From: the human T2T-CHM13v2.0 reference genome, Homo sapiens
Reading direction: 5' to 3' (one strand)
Assembly (NCBI RefSeq): GCF_009914755.1
Contig: NC_060928.1
DNA length: 64,000 nt
Positions 45,273 to 60,140 of the stretch are shown in pieces. The position numbers and the translations under genes are program-made. Below the pieces are notes generated by a model. That model did not search any database and was not told the origin of the DNA. It was given only the letters and a program-made list of their open reading frames with translations. Each line of letters begins with the position of its first letter. The first letter of the stretch is position 1.

Positions 45273-45639
45273 TCTTTGTGAGTTTTAAAAGTATCTGCAA
45301 GAGGTGAGAATATATTAAGGTGAGAGTCAGTGAGGCCCCTGAGACCTCAGGAAGCATATGAAACCAAAACCCCCAGAAAGAAGCCTGGAGTTTGTCTTTA
45401 GTAACTCGAAATGCAGAACCAGAATTTATTGAGTTCTTTCTTCCTTTGCCCTCAACTCAGTTCCTTTGAGGAGACTGTTCAAGCAAGAGCCAAGTTTCAA
45501 GAGCTTCTGAGGATGCCAAATGCCATCTGTGGCCTCACTATCTCACTGCAGTTGTGTCTATTAGAATGTATCCTTCCCTCCTTGCTACTTTTTTTTTTGC
45601 CTAATCAGAGGGCCTCTTCTTTGACCCAATCCTTGCCAG

Positions 45640-45996
45640 TTTTTTCTTTTCTTTTTCTTTTTCTCTTCCTTTCCTTTCCTTTTATTTTATTTTTATTTAT
45701 TTATTTATTTTTGAGACAGCATCTTACTCTGTCGCCTAGGCTGGAGTGCAGTGTGGTGATCTCGGCTCACTGCAACCTCCACCTTCCCAGGTTCAAGCGA
45801 TTCTTGTGCCTCAGCCTCCCTAGTAGCTGGGATTTTATAGGCACACACCACCACGCCCAGCTAATTTTTGTATTTTTAGTAGAGACGGGGTTTCTCCATG
45901 TTGGCCAGGCTGGTCTCTAACTCCTGACCTCAAGTGATCCACCTGCCTCAGATCCCAAAATGCTGGGATTACAAGCATGAACCATTGTGCCCAGCC
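45640..45996 (-). mobile_element. AluS with T-rich tail
   Basis: Full Alu reverse complement. Confidence 0.9.
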
Positions 45997-47463
45997 AGAT
46001 TTACCTTTAGTACAATTCAAGAGACATAATGTTGATGACATAATGTTGATAATTTGCTATGCACAAAGCACTATGACAAACACTATTCTAATTATTAGTT
46101 TGTAGTAAAACTTTTAGAGTGTTTAGGAATGTATGTAAACCATTTCTAATTCCAGATTTGACATTTCTTACTAAAGTGCACTGGCACGTTACTTTGTTAC
46201 TATGTTTCCTACTTTTTGTGTGTGTCTGTGGTGGGGGTGGTGTTGCTCATACTGCTTCGCATTATAGTAAGGTTTATGTCAATTATTTCCTCTGTTGTAT
46301 TTTTAACTCCTTGAGGAGACTACATCTTTGTATTTAACACAGCAATTAGAAACAGGTCCTTACACTTTGTAGGTACTTAAATGCATGAACATAAAAGCAT
46401 CGATAAATAGTGAAAGCTTTTATTTCCTCATTGCTCCTGTAGACATTGATAATATCAGAAACTTTGAGAGATATTTGATGAATATCTCTATTCGTAGTGC
46501 TTACTGGTAAATGTTTAACAAGCAGCTTTCTAAAAAAAGTATGCATGTATGTATATGTTTATTATAAAGTTTATTGATACATACAATGTGTAGCACAACT
46601 TAGAAATAATAATAAAATATATAGTGCTTTTAATATAGCCAATTGATTCTCACAGAATTCTTTTTGAGTTTTTTTTTTTTTTTTTACCAGCCTCCTGTAT
46701 CCATAGTTTCCCTATGGTTGTAGTTGATGAACATGATGTGGTTAATCATGAATGTTGGTTGATAACATTTGTTTACATTAACTAGTAAGAACGAAGTGAA
46801 AAAGAAAAGACTGATGTTAAAACATCACTTGTTTGTCAATTATGTGTGTGACTTTTTTGCTGAATTAGGTGAGTTTTCAAATACTGGGAGAATATTTCTC
46901 CAATTTTTTGGTGCTACTTACAATATGACATAACATGACACACTTTAATCTGCATTATTAACATTTTCTCCATGCTTTTCTTGTCTATTATCAAAACAAG
47001 AAATCAAGGCTTGATTTGTAGTGTTTCCAAAAATAAACAGGAGTAATTTCTCTTTTTCTAAGTACCTTGTTAGATATACATGATATTTATCAGTTAGTAG
47101 CATAAATATGAATTTGCTGGCTGAAAATTATTACTCTTGCTGTATATGTATGTTTGTATGTTTTGATGTGTGTGCAGATACATAGTTAAGTTGGCCTACC
47201 GTATTACTTTTTCACTTATCAATTGTTCCTATAAACAAAAAGGTGAATTCTACTATGGTGTGAGACTGTCAGATATTTCATCCTGATTAGTTATAGTAAA
47301 TCACTTTCCCTTTCTAGGCCTCTGATTTCTCATCTATAAACTTGTGAGATTGAATTAGATTATCTCTAATGTTTCCTTCAGACTCTGTTATTCATGGTGA
47401 TGACAGATTACTGTTTTTACATGTTTGCCGTTTATCCTGTGAAAGGCTGATAATTCTCCATTC

Positions 47464-47825
47464 TGTGATGGCAGGCTTCACCGACCAATGGTGTTTTTTT
47501 CTGTGCACTTCAGAGGTTTAGCGATGTCAGGCTTTGCTAAATGACTTGCTTTAGCTAATGGACTCTAAGCAGAAATGATGTCTGCTATTACTGACCAGCA
47601 GCACTAAGGGCCATCTGTGGCTCTGCCTTCTCTTTTCCCACTGCCACAACAATGACAAAGCTCCACATGAAGACTGCTACTCTACCTAAATCACAAATGG
47701 AAAAGAAGGTGGAACACACAGGCAACCTCCCACTGACATGTAAAGTAACAAGATATTTGTTGTTGTAATCCCTGAGAGGATGGATTTTTGTTACTGCATC
47801 ATAATTTTGCAAGACCTGGTTAGTA
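47464..47825 (+). mobile_element. MaLR LTR (MLT1I/J-like)
   Basis: tgacttgctttagctaatgg...ttgttgtaatccctgagag...ttgttactgcatcataa. Confidence 0.6.
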
Positions 47826-48043
47826 TATGAAGTCATCAATAATTGAATTCATCAATAAAATTTTAAAAGTAATAATTTCCAATTAAAATTTCGTCTAAAA
47901 TTCATAAACATATAAGTAATATATATAGACATTATAGAAATAAATTGTAAAGCAACTTTAAAATAAAACATAAGAATAAAATTTATGTTGAAGAAATTGA
48001 CCTAAATATGTATGCACAACATTCCTTGAAATTTTTGCCTTGA

Positions 48044-48860
48044 CAGTAACAAATGCTGTCGAAGAGGTGAAGAAAAGGAAACCCTTGTACACTATTGGTG
48101 GGAATGTAAATTAGTATAACCACTATGGAAAACAGTTTGAAGGTTCCTCAAAAAACCAAAAATTGAGCTACCATATGATCCAGAAATCCCACTGCTGGGT
48201 ATATACCCAAAAGAAAGGAAAACAGTATATCGAAGAGATATCTGCACTCCCATATTTGTTGCAGCACTGTTCACAATAGCCCAAATTTAAAAGCAATGTA
48301 ACTGTCCATCAACAGATGAATGGATAAAGTGTGGTGCTTATACACAATGGAGTACTACTGAGTCATAAAAAGAATGGGATCCTGTCATTTGCCACAACAT
48401 GGATGGAACTGGAGGTCATTATGCCAAGTGAAATAAGCCAGGCACAGAAAAGACAAACTTCACATGTTCTGATTTATTTGTGGGATCTAAGAATCAAAAC
48501 AATTGAATTCACGGACATAGAGAGTAGAAGGATGGTTACCAGAGGCTGGGAAAAGTAGTGGGGGGCTGGGGACAATGGTTAATGGGTACAGAAAAAATAG
48601 AAAGAGTTAGACCTAGTAATCGATAGCACAATAGGGTCACTTTTTATAGTCAATAATAACTCGATAGTACATTAAAAATAATAAAAAGAATATAATTGGA
48701 TTGTTTATAACACAAAGGATAAATTCTTGAGGGGATGGATACCCCATTTTACATGATGTGATTATTAAACATTGCATGCCTGCATTAAAACATCTCATGT
48801 ACCCCATAATTGTATACACTTACTATGTACCCACAAAAATTAAAATTAAATATTAAAAAG
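48044..48860 (+). mobile_element. 5'-truncated L1MA1/2
   Basis: ORF2 C-terminus plus 3'UTR (aatcaaaacaattgaa...gagagtagaaggatggttaccagaggctggg); TSD gaaattt(t/c)tgccttga. Confidence 0.9.
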
Positions 48861-49474
48861 AAATTTCTGCCTTGAATTACTGAATGGTTCTTCTAAGTAA
48901 AAATGGATATTTTTCAAAAGAAATTAATTATTACAATATTGCATGCCTACCCCCAAATGGCAATATTCCTTGGCAATTCTTAATTTCCAAAGATAAATTC
49001 AAGAGTAGGGCTTCTCCAGAAGTAATGTTTTGACTATATATTGCTTTTTGTCATTTTAAGCCTGGTTAAAGAAGCTAAAAAATGTCTAAGTTTATCCATA
49101 CTTCATTTATGGCACAAGAACATTGATTCATTTTTCTCTCTGCTCACTGTAGCAAAGAGAACCTGAAAGTAAGTTCTCTTTGCCTATGGCAGTGACTTAT
49201 TCCCATGAACTTATGTCTTTAATATCATCAAGGTAATCTTTGCAGCAGTTTTACTACTTTATATGCTTTTCTTTTGTTTGTTCACTAACTTTCTTGTTTT
49301 TGAAACCAATTATGTCTTAAATATGTTTCTGAGGAGCAGCTACATGAGGCTTTAGAGACTTGCAGTTTTCATATTTATGTCTGACCTAAGATTTTGTCTC
49401 GGCATCATCACATGCCCCTGTGCTTCTGTGTGCAAAGTAAAATATTCCTGAATGACCATCACAAGTAAATTTAT

Positions 49475-50320
49475 TATGGTTTTTAAAGATATAATTCACA
49501 TGCCATATGATTCACCCACTTAAAGTGTACAATTCAAGGGTTTTTAGTATATTCACAGAGTTATGCATCCATCAACACAATTTTAGTACATTGTCATTAC
49601 CCCCTCCAAAAAACCCACATTCCCTAGCCATCACCCTACAATCTCCTTTTCCTCTCCAGCATCAGGCAACTGCCAATCTACTTTCTGTAATTTTCCCACT
49701 CTTGAAAATTCATATAAATGAAATCATGGAATATGTGGTCCTTTGTGATAGGTTTTTCACTTAACGTGTTTTCAAGGTTTATGCATGTAGTGGCATGTAT
49801 CATTACTTCATTTCTTTTTATTATTAAACAATATTTCATTGTATAAATATACTACATTTTGTTTATCCGTTCATCAATTGATGGACATTTGGGTGGTTTC
49901 TCTTTTATGCTATTATGAATACTGCTGCTATGAACATTTGTGTGTGCGTTTTTGTGTAGATACGTTTTTATTTTTCTTGGGTATATACCTAGGAGTGGAA
50001 TTGCTGGATCATGTGGTAACTCTGTTTAACCCTTTGAGAAACTGTCAGACTATTTTCCAAAGTGGCTACCACCATTTTACAGTCCCATGAGCAATATATG
50101 AGAATTTGAATATCTCCACATTCTTGCTAACATTTGTTATTGTCTATCTTTTTTCAGGTAGTCATCTTATTGGGTGTGAAATGACATCTGGTGGTTTTGA
50201 TTTTCATTTCCCTGGTGGCTAATAATGTTGATCATCTTTTCAAGTGCTTATTGACCATTTGTATATCCTTTTTGGAGAACTATCTATTCACTTCCTTTGC
50301 CCATTTTTAAATTGGGCTAT
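49475..50320 (-). mobile_element. L1MB-type 3' end
   Basis: gatataattcacatgccat...ttcacccacttaaagtgtacaattca...tatacctaggagtggaattgctggatc. Confidence 0.85.
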
Positions 50321-50677
50321 TGTATTAGTCCATTTTCATGCTGCTGATAAAGACATACCTGAGACTGGGAAGAAAAAGAGGTTTAATTAGGAACTTACAG
50401 TTCCACATGGCTGGGGAGGCCTCAGAATCATGGCGAGGGATAAAAGGCACTTCTTACATGGTGGCGGCAAGAGAAAAATGACAAAGATGTAAAAGGGGAA
50501 ATCCTGATAAAACCATCAGATCTCATGAGACTTATTAACCTACCACAAGAACAGTATGGGAGAAACTGCCCCCATGATTCAAATTATCTTCCACTGGGTC
50601 CCTCTCACCGCATGTGGGAATTATGGGATTACAATTCAAGATGAGATTTGGGTGGGGACACAGAGCCAAACCATATC
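50321..50677 (-). mobile_element. THE1C-like 3' LTR
   Basis: tgtattagtccattttcatgctgctgataaagacatacctgagactgggaag...ccaaaccatatca. Confidence 0.92.
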
Positions 50678-51994
50678 ATTCCACCCCTGGCCCCTCCAAA
50701 TCTCATGTCCTCACATTTCAAAACTAATCACGCCTTCCCAACAGTCCCCCAAAGTCTTAACTCATTTTAGCATTAACCCAGAAGTCCACAGTAAAAAGTC
50801 TCATCTGAGACAAGACAAGTCCCTTCTGCCTATGAGCCTGTAAAATCAAAAGCAAGCTAGTTACTTCCTAGATACAATGGGGGTACAGGTATTGGGTAAA
50901 TACAGTTGTTCCAAATGGGAGAAATTGGCCAAAACAAAACAGTTACAGGGCCCATGCAAGTCCAAAATCCAGTGGGGCAGTCAAATTTTAAAGCTCCAAA
51001 ATAATCTCCTTTGACTCCAGGTCTCACATCCAGGTCACACTGATGCAAGAGGGCCCAACCCCACGCAGAGAGCCAACCCCACATTTCCCTTCTGCACTGT
51101 CCTAGCAGAGGTTCTCCATGAGAGCCCTGTCCCTGCAGCAAACTTCTGCCTGGCCATTCAGGCATTCCCATACATCTTCTGAAATCTAGGCGGAGGTTCC
51201 CAAACCCCAATTCTTGACTTCTGTGAACCTGCAGGCTCAGCAGCATGTGGAGGCTGCTAATGCTTGGGGCTTGCACCCTCTGAAGACATGGCTCGAGCTC
51301 TGTGTTGGCCATTTCAGCCATGACTGGAGCAGCTGGGACGCAGGGCACCAAGTCCCTAGACTACACGTAGCACAGGGACCCTGGGCCCTGCCCATGAAAC
51401 CATTTTTTTCCTCCTAAACCTCCAGGTCTGTGATGGGAGAAGCTCCTGCAAAGGTCTCTGACATGCCCTGGAGACATTCTCCCCATTGTCTTGGAGATTA
51501 ATATTTGGCTTCTCGTTACTTATGCAAATTTCTGCAGCTGGCTTGAATTTCTCCTCAGAAAATGAGATTTTCTTTTCTATTGCATTGTTAGGCTGCAAAT
51601 TTTTCAAACTTTTAAGCTCTGTTTCCCTTTTAAAACTGAATGCTTCTAACAGCATCCAAGTCATCTGTAGAATGCTATGCTGCTTAGAAATTTATTCTGC
51701 AAGATACTCTAAATCATCTGTCTCAAGTTCAAAGTCCCACAAATCTCTAGGGCAGGGGCAAAATTCCGCCAGTCTCTTTGCTAAAACCTAACGAGAGTCA
51801 CTTTTGCTCCAGTTTCCAATAAGTTCCTCATCTCCATCTGCAACCAACTCAGCCTGGACCTTACTGTTCATATCATCATCAGCATTTTTGTCAAAGCCAT
51901 TCAACAAATCTCTAGGAGTTTCAAACTTTCCCACACTTTTCTGTCTTCTGAGTCCTCCAAACTGTTCCAGCCTCTGCCTGTTACCCAGTTCCAA
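50678..51994 (-). mobile_element. THE1 internal sequence, 5' LTR missing
   Basis: ttccacccctggcccctccaaatctcatgtcc...ctctgcctgttacccagttccaa. Confidence 0.92.
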
Positions 51995-52207
51995 GGGAGT
52001 TCTCTGACCCCTTGCACTTCCCAGGTGAGGCGACGGCCCACCCTGCTTCAGCTCGCCCTCCGTGGGCTGCACCCACTGTTTAACTAGTCCCAATGAGATG
52101 AGCTGGGTACCTCAGTTGGAAATGCAGAAATCACCCACTTTCTGCATTGATCTTCCTGGGAGCTGCAGACTGGAGCTGTTCTTAGCTGGCCATCTTGCCA
52201 GCCACCT
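51995..52207 (-). mobile_element. Isolated first ~210 nt of an L1PA7/8-type 5'UTR
   Basis: Minus strand ggtggctggcaagatggcc...agctccagtctgcagctccc; homologous to 31101-31325. Confidence 0.9.
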
Positions 52208-52339
52208 TGGTTACTGTAGTTTTGCAGTAAGTTTTGAATGATCAACTTTTTTCCAAATTTGTATCAGTTTTGACATTTGCACATAATTTGTTTGGATTAT
52301 ACTTAACAGATGTTTGGTATTAATATGTGCTTATGATTT

Positions 52340-52505
52340 GGAATGCTATGGTTAGAGACAATAAAGCATAATGGTTTTGGTCACAAGTGCTGAGTCCAAG
52401 AGACCTGGATTTGAAATGACTGTACCACTTACTAGATGTATGAACTTCTATAATCCTCCCTCAGCTTCAGTTTCCCATCTTGAAATGGGAACAATAATAC
52501 ATTAA
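52340..52505 (+). mobile_element. MIR
   Basis: agacctggatttgaa...ccacttactagatgtatgaactt...cttcagtttcccatct. Confidence 0.7.
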
Positions 52506-54621
52506 TGGACTTTTCAATTTGTATTGCATGTTCATCATGTGTGTTCAGTGGTGTTTTTAGTGGTGGTATATTGGCTTCTGCTCTAAGAAAATACTAATAA
52601 ACTTCTACTTATTTGGAGCTTATTTTGCAATAAATATGAGAAAGAAATAAAGCCAGAACAATAGAAAAGTAAGGCAAAACTGCCTGTGGAGTGGTGTAAT
52701 GAGGAGGAGGCAGAAAGAATCTATGCATGTTCCTTCTCCAGGAATTTAAGAAAACTTCTTTCTACAGTAATTCTTTTAAAATAGTTTAAATAGTTGATCT
52801 GCTTGCAAAGGCTTGCAGACATCAAGGAATGTACTTTCTAAGAACTCCTTGGAATCCTTTTAAAAAACTTACTGACTGTGGGATTCTATAAGACAGAACA
52901 GGGTAAGTTTACATTTAACTGACTTTTAGCTCCTAGAGCATAATTTGAGTTGTATTAAAAACATTTTTTAAAGCATAAATCTGTTAAAAACAATAGTAAA
53001 TAGCAAGAGTTCAGAGGACATAAGCTAAGCATTTTCCAGCATGTAGTAACCAATATACTAATGTTAGGCATTGGCACTATTACTGTATTGAAAAAAGGGC
53101 TTGGGCTCCATTTTTTTTATATTTGGAAAAATATTTGTTAACAATTTTCTATTCTATGCTACTCCTGGGAGGAAGCTTCAAAGGCCTCAGCCACAAGTAG
53201 CTCTAGCTCAAGCAAAAACAAAGCATGTTGAGAATTGTGAACAATCAGTGATGCAACACAAGGTGGTGCTCTTGTCCCAGTGAGTGCTGTAGAGCCTTGT
53301 TAGGGCATTAGACAAAGGATGTACAACTCCAAAAGATTTGGTTGGTATAAACGCCAATGGGGATCTGCCGGACAGACTGAACAGCTGACTGGGGGGCACA
53401 AAGCCAAAGGTGACTTTTCTTAGAATGTAGACTGGTATAATAATGCAGGGGTGCAAAAAGCAGCGTAGCAAAAACCTAAGAAAGATAAGAACGAGTGTCT
53501 GTGCTTTACAGTATATTTATTACTTGCCCTTATTATTCATTTTAGTCTTAATAACAATCATCTTTACACTGCTTTGCCATACACTTGCCTAAAACAAATG
53601 TTAGATAATGATATTTCTATGTAGAAATAATGGCTTCCCATGGTCTTCATGATAAAATCCTGCTTTGTCTCCTGGCAACTTTCACCCCTTCTTCAGGACT
53701 GAAATGTCTGAAGTTCCTGAAATGCATCCTTCTCTCTTGTCTCTGTGATTTTGCACAAGTTGGTGTTCTACCTGGAACTTTCTTTCTCCTTTCATCTTCT
53801 TGGACAATTCCTGTTCCTTCTTTCTGGGTTAACACAGCTATCACCCCCTCCTAGGCCTTCCTTAATTACCTCCACGTAACAGGAATGTGCGCATTGAAGC
53901 TATTAATAGTATATGTGAAGTACTTAATAGATGTATTCACTTAACAAATGGTATCTACTGTTTTCATACAAGTCCAATAGTTTTAGTCTATGTACATATC
54001 AATCATTTTTATGTATTTATTTATGGGTATTTACTATTTTCTAGATCTTTTGGTCACTTATGTCTTTATTAATAACCAGACTGTCACTTCATATTCTCAG
54101 TGTAAAATCTTCCTTTTTATACAGATGATATTTTATGTTTTGTTTACAGTATGCTTCCTGATTAGTTAGTTGAATAAGTGGTTTCTCAGTCCTCATGTAC
54201 AAGGTGCTGTTCTAAACACTGAAAGTATAGGACATAAAAATGGATAGCATAATGGAGACACCTATTGTCTAGTGATTCTTAATATTTATTGTTCTTTAGA
54301 ATTTTAAGATTAAATTGCATCGTTGCTTTGGAGAGAAAACTGATAATGTTTTTCCTGGTTTACAGCTTTTTTTCTGCTATGAAACAGCTTGTTTTATGCT
54401 ATTTTCTAACTATAGTTTATATTATTGATTTTAAAAAGCATTAATGCTTGCCCATAGTAAAACTGTTAGCACATTTCTGCTAATTAACACTGCCTTAAAG
54501 GATCCTATTGATATTCATCATTATATCTTTGGATTAAAAAAACACTAGAGGATACTAAGGTCAACCATAAAATTTGTCCCCTTTTCAAGATCTTATTCAG
54601 AATTGTGAATGAAGGCCTTTT

Positions 54622-55464
<843 letters not shown>

Positions 55465-55609
55465 GGCCTTACGTTGTTCATAAAGTGGAAGACTCGGCTA
55501 TTGATTTTTTTTAATTAAAAGAAATATGAATTTATCCCTACACATATTTGTCATGTCTACAGATCAATGCCTTTTTCATGAAAAGTATCCTTTCTTCCTA
55601 TTTTTTTCT

Positions 55610-55850
55610 TTAATTTATTCAATTAATATTTATTGAATCCTTCTTTGAGCAGGTGCTGAAGATACAGAGATAAAGACACCATCAGATGGGGATAAGAGAA
55701 ATAATCAAACCATCACCTTATGGCCTACTGTAAGCGTGGTGAATTAGGGGGAAGTGCAGGGGACAATGGGAGCTCACAGATGAGGTAGCTACTTCACCTT
55801 ATAGATTGTCTGAAAGGCTTCCTGGAGGAGGTGATTTGGGCATAATCCTT
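55610..55850 (-). mobile_element. L2 3' fragment
   Basis: atatttattgaatcc...aaggcttcctggaggaggtgattt. Confidence 0.6.
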
Positions 55851-57199
55851 GCTCAGCTTAATTGTTTGGTCTCTATTCCCATGTTGAATGTATTTTATTA
55901 CCATTAGGAATGCAAATTTTGAGGCACATCTCTGAATCTTGTCTTTAAACAAACTACCAAATGTGGATCACCTTATGAAACAGTATGTACATTTTTATGG
56001 TATTGAAACATATTGCCACATTGCCTTCAGAAAGGTTGTATACTATTAATATTACCATAAACAGTGTATGAGGGCACGTTTGGCACACACTTGCACTATC
56101 ACTATGCATTATGTATTTTGAATATTTTCCAATTTTGTTTGCTCCTTTCTGTTAGCTGGCTGTTTGTGTCAGCTTCACCCTAGCAATGGCTTTTTATGTT
56201 GAAGAAGCATTTGGTTCCAATTTCCATTTTCTTTATATATTCCCAGAACTAGCCTTATTTTGCCATCCCAGAAATACCTGCAGCTATGGTAGTGTTCTGT
56301 CCTCCAATGTTTAAGTTCCGACTTCTTTCACGATTCATTATACTAATCCATTTTGTTTATGTTGGAAGTTTTCTTTATTATATGTTCCAATAATCCCACA
56401 TTTCTACTTTGTCTCTATTCCATTTTCCACTGGGAGTCAGAGTATTCATAAGAGATAAATTATCTGCCATTCCTTGAGGCAGAAACCCTCAGTATTCTTT
56501 CTTCATTTCTGTTGTAGCTCTACTTCTCTATTCCTTTTATTCAGTTCAATTTTTTTTGTGGCTTCTCTTTTTTTCTTGATCAATTGTGCCAGAAGTTTTC
56601 AAATTTTATTAATATTTTTAAAGATTTATTTTATTTGTTTAATGAATTTCTCTGTTGCCTCTTTTTTTTTCCCAGTTTATCTACTGCTGCTGTTATCCAT
56701 ATTATTTCTTTCTAAAATATATTGGTCTTCCTCCTGCTTTATAATCTTCTTCTGCAGCTGTCTTTGGCAGATTTTAACAGGAATTAACTGACAAAGGGGA
56801 AACGCAATTCTCAAAGTTTCTGTCCCAACTTTACAAAATAAAGAAAAGAAGGATGGGTTTAGATCAGAGAGACAGTAACTTAAGAACTAACCAATATGAT
56901 CCAAATGATATATTCTTGGAATTTAGCTTTTATTTTCCAAGGGAAAAATATTAAATTAATTTTTTCTTTCTTTCTTCCTGTTCTTGTTCATTTTGTTCTT
57001 GCTGTTTTTCTCTTCCCCTTCTTTTTCCTCCTTCTCCCACTTCTTCAGTTATAGCTCTGAACACAGATAAAATAATGGTTATCTATAGAAGAATGAAGAA
57101 GCTATGGTATCCATGTCTTTGTCAGCATGTACTGCATTCTTGAAACACTGAATTTCTTGTAACATTTAATGAACTGCTCTTGCAATAACAGGATGTTGA

Positions 57200-57400
57200 G
57201 TGTTGAGAGATAAGTGATTAAGTTAGATCTGGATTTGAGTCCCGGCTTATTTATTAACTAAGCCTATGGCCTTGGATAAGTTACCTAACCTCTCCAACGC
57301 TCAGTTTTCTTTTTTGCCCTGAGGGTAAAATAAAATAATACGTGTGAAACCTAGTGCCTGGCACAAGATAAGTGCTCAGTAAATGCTAGCTGTTTATTAT
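57200..57400 (+). mobile_element. MIR
   Basis: gatctggatttgagtcccggc...ccttggataagttacctaacctctc...gtgcctggcaca...gtgctcagtaaatg. Confidence 0.8.
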
Positions 57401-58277
57401 AATTTTCCATATTAAACCACTGTGGAATACTTTTTCTGTCATATAAAACATTGTTGAAATGCCTGCCATATATTAGTGCCCTGAAGTCCAAAGGTAGAGG
57501 AACCGAGTGTTTAAAAATTACTGTGGCTGTGGAGTCAACATGATGTAAAAAAACAAACATTTGGATAACACCAAGAAGCCAGATATGGTTGAAATGTTGA
57601 CTGGTTGACAAAAATAATTTGGGTTGCTTAATGGTGCACAAAGGTAATGCAAAACACACTCTCTAGATATATAATATCTTCACCTTTAATTTCTTTCTAA
57701 AGTACCTAAGAATTGGAATTTTTTTCCTCAATAGTAACTGTGTGGGTTATACTCAGTTTGAGACATTTCTGATTCCTACAAGTAGAAGAAAAAAATTTTT
57801 TACAGTGATATTTTCTCTTTTATAGAAATTGTATTACTTATAAATTTCTTGCCTTATAAGTTATACACCATTTAAAACGCATTCGATGTTTAAATAATTG
57901 TCTGCAAGAAGCAGCAGCAATTCTGCAGGACTTTTGGCCCGTATTTAAACTGGATAGCTTTCTATGCACAAGCCTCTGTACTAAGTGGTAGTCAAAGATC
58001 TGTATAGTTAGCTCAATTCAGTTCCACGAACATAAATTGGGATCTTACAACAGGCTAACAGAACGGGCATCCATGAACAAAAGGCTGCATGTTTATGTAT
58101 GAATAGAAAAAGATAGCAGACCATATCAACTTAAGCCACTGTTAATGATATTGTCTTAGTAAAAGAATGACAGCAATATGCTAGATGCCTGTTAAGCCTC
58201 CAAAAACACATTCTCAATCTGATTACAATAGCAACACTTTTTGTAAGACTTTAAGTAATACTTTAAAAAAAACTGTG

Positions 58278-58615
<338 letters not shown>

Positions 58616-60014
58616 CCTGTGGCATTATTATTACTGTTTTACAAAAGATTAGTTATTTGAATACATGAATTTTAGAAAATTCGCTTGCAGATCCTTAGAA
58701 GGGGTAGATATTATCTGGACAAGCCTATTGCACTGCACAATTTCCTAATAGATAATTAGTATATACATTTTATGGTTAATTAAAGCTAATATTTCTGAAT
58801 AACTCTGAGCCTTTCTTTTGAATAGTCTGTGGTATTTTTCAACTTATTTTCTTCTTTTTATTACTTTCTTTTTGAACTTGCTGCTTTTCTCTCCAATTCT
58901 AATTTCCATTAAACTTGTGCAACTGAATTAGGTCATTTTAATATTGCTGCTAATAAGACACTTTTCAAATTAACATTCTAGTTCTCTTTGGATGGTTAGC
59001 TACTGATTCAAAACCAATAATGTTAAAATAACATTAATTAATGCAGTCCTTAACTTTGCCTAACAGCAATGTGATGTGAGAGAGAAACATGCTCTCCAGG
59101 TTTTGCATCTGACAACAGGCTCAGATAGGTTAAGAAACTGTTCAAATTGCAGAGCAATTTAGAGCAGAAGAGAGATTAGAATTCAAGTTCTCTTATTCCC
59201 TACTATGTTTGTATACCCAACATTATTTTGTCATCATTTAAATAGTGTTACAGAGCATTCCCACATACTCCAGAGAGGAACAAAGATTTACATATTCCAA
59301 AGTGTTAGGTCTCTCTGTCAAAATGTATTTGCATCATTTGTCTTTTGAAGTCCTTCATAAAATGTGTTTAGCAGAAACATTTCTTTAACTTTGTTGTAAA
59401 AAGCCATCTGGAACTCTTGGTATACAGTTGTGTAACTGAGTAAACATTGGAAATAATTTGTAATTTGAGACCACCAGATGGAAGAAAAAGATCAGAAAAT
59501 TACATTAAGAAAATCTATAGGATCTATTTTTGTCTGTTTTAAAAACACTATTTCTCTAGAGGATTGCTATAGCTACATTATAGACTATCTGGTAACTTCA
59601 AGGGGGAAAATTGTTGGTTCAGTTTTACAGATGTTATCACATTACAATGTTTTTTCTTCTAGTTTATACCCACACCCCATTATATCTATTTTTTAAAAAT
59701 ATAATTATATATACAGTGAATATATTCTGATTCTTTACTATGATAACGTAAGCACTATATTTTCAACTAGAAAATTCAAAAGAAAAAGTTAAATTTTGAA
59801 ATACTTTTAAAAATAATAAAAATGTGAGTCAATTATAAATCTGTCACTAAATAAGGACAGTTTTAACTGTGAAAGACTTTTCAGTTGTTGAACTAAAGAA
59901 AGAAAATAATTATAAGATAATATTTACTTTTCCAAATGAAAAAAGCATTTTTTTAATGCAAAGCATTTAACTATGAAAACCATGAATCTTTAAATTTTAT
60001 CTATGTATATATTT

Positions 60015-60140
60015 TAAAGACAGGGTCTCACTCTGTCACCTAGGCTGGAATGCAGTGGCTGTTCATAGTTCACTGAAGCTCCAACTTCTGGGCTTAAGCA
60101 ATCCTCTTGCCTCAAACTCCCAAGTAGCTGGGACCTACAG
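60015..60140 (-). mobile_element. AluJ right-arm fragment
   Basis: agacagggtctcactctgtcacctaggctgg...gtagctgggac. Confidence 0.85.

Noticed and set aside
45411-45920. 169-aa ORF and other ORFs with LSPRLECSG or FHHVGQAG-type peptides
   Set aside because: Translations of antisense Alu and T-rich tails
50857-52093. ORFs of 100-164 aa
   Set aside because: Broken THE1 internal ORF remnants and an L1/THE1 junction read-through
59468-59485. Second CTCF-like motif ccaccagatggaag
   Set aside because: Mismatch at the conserved GGC position
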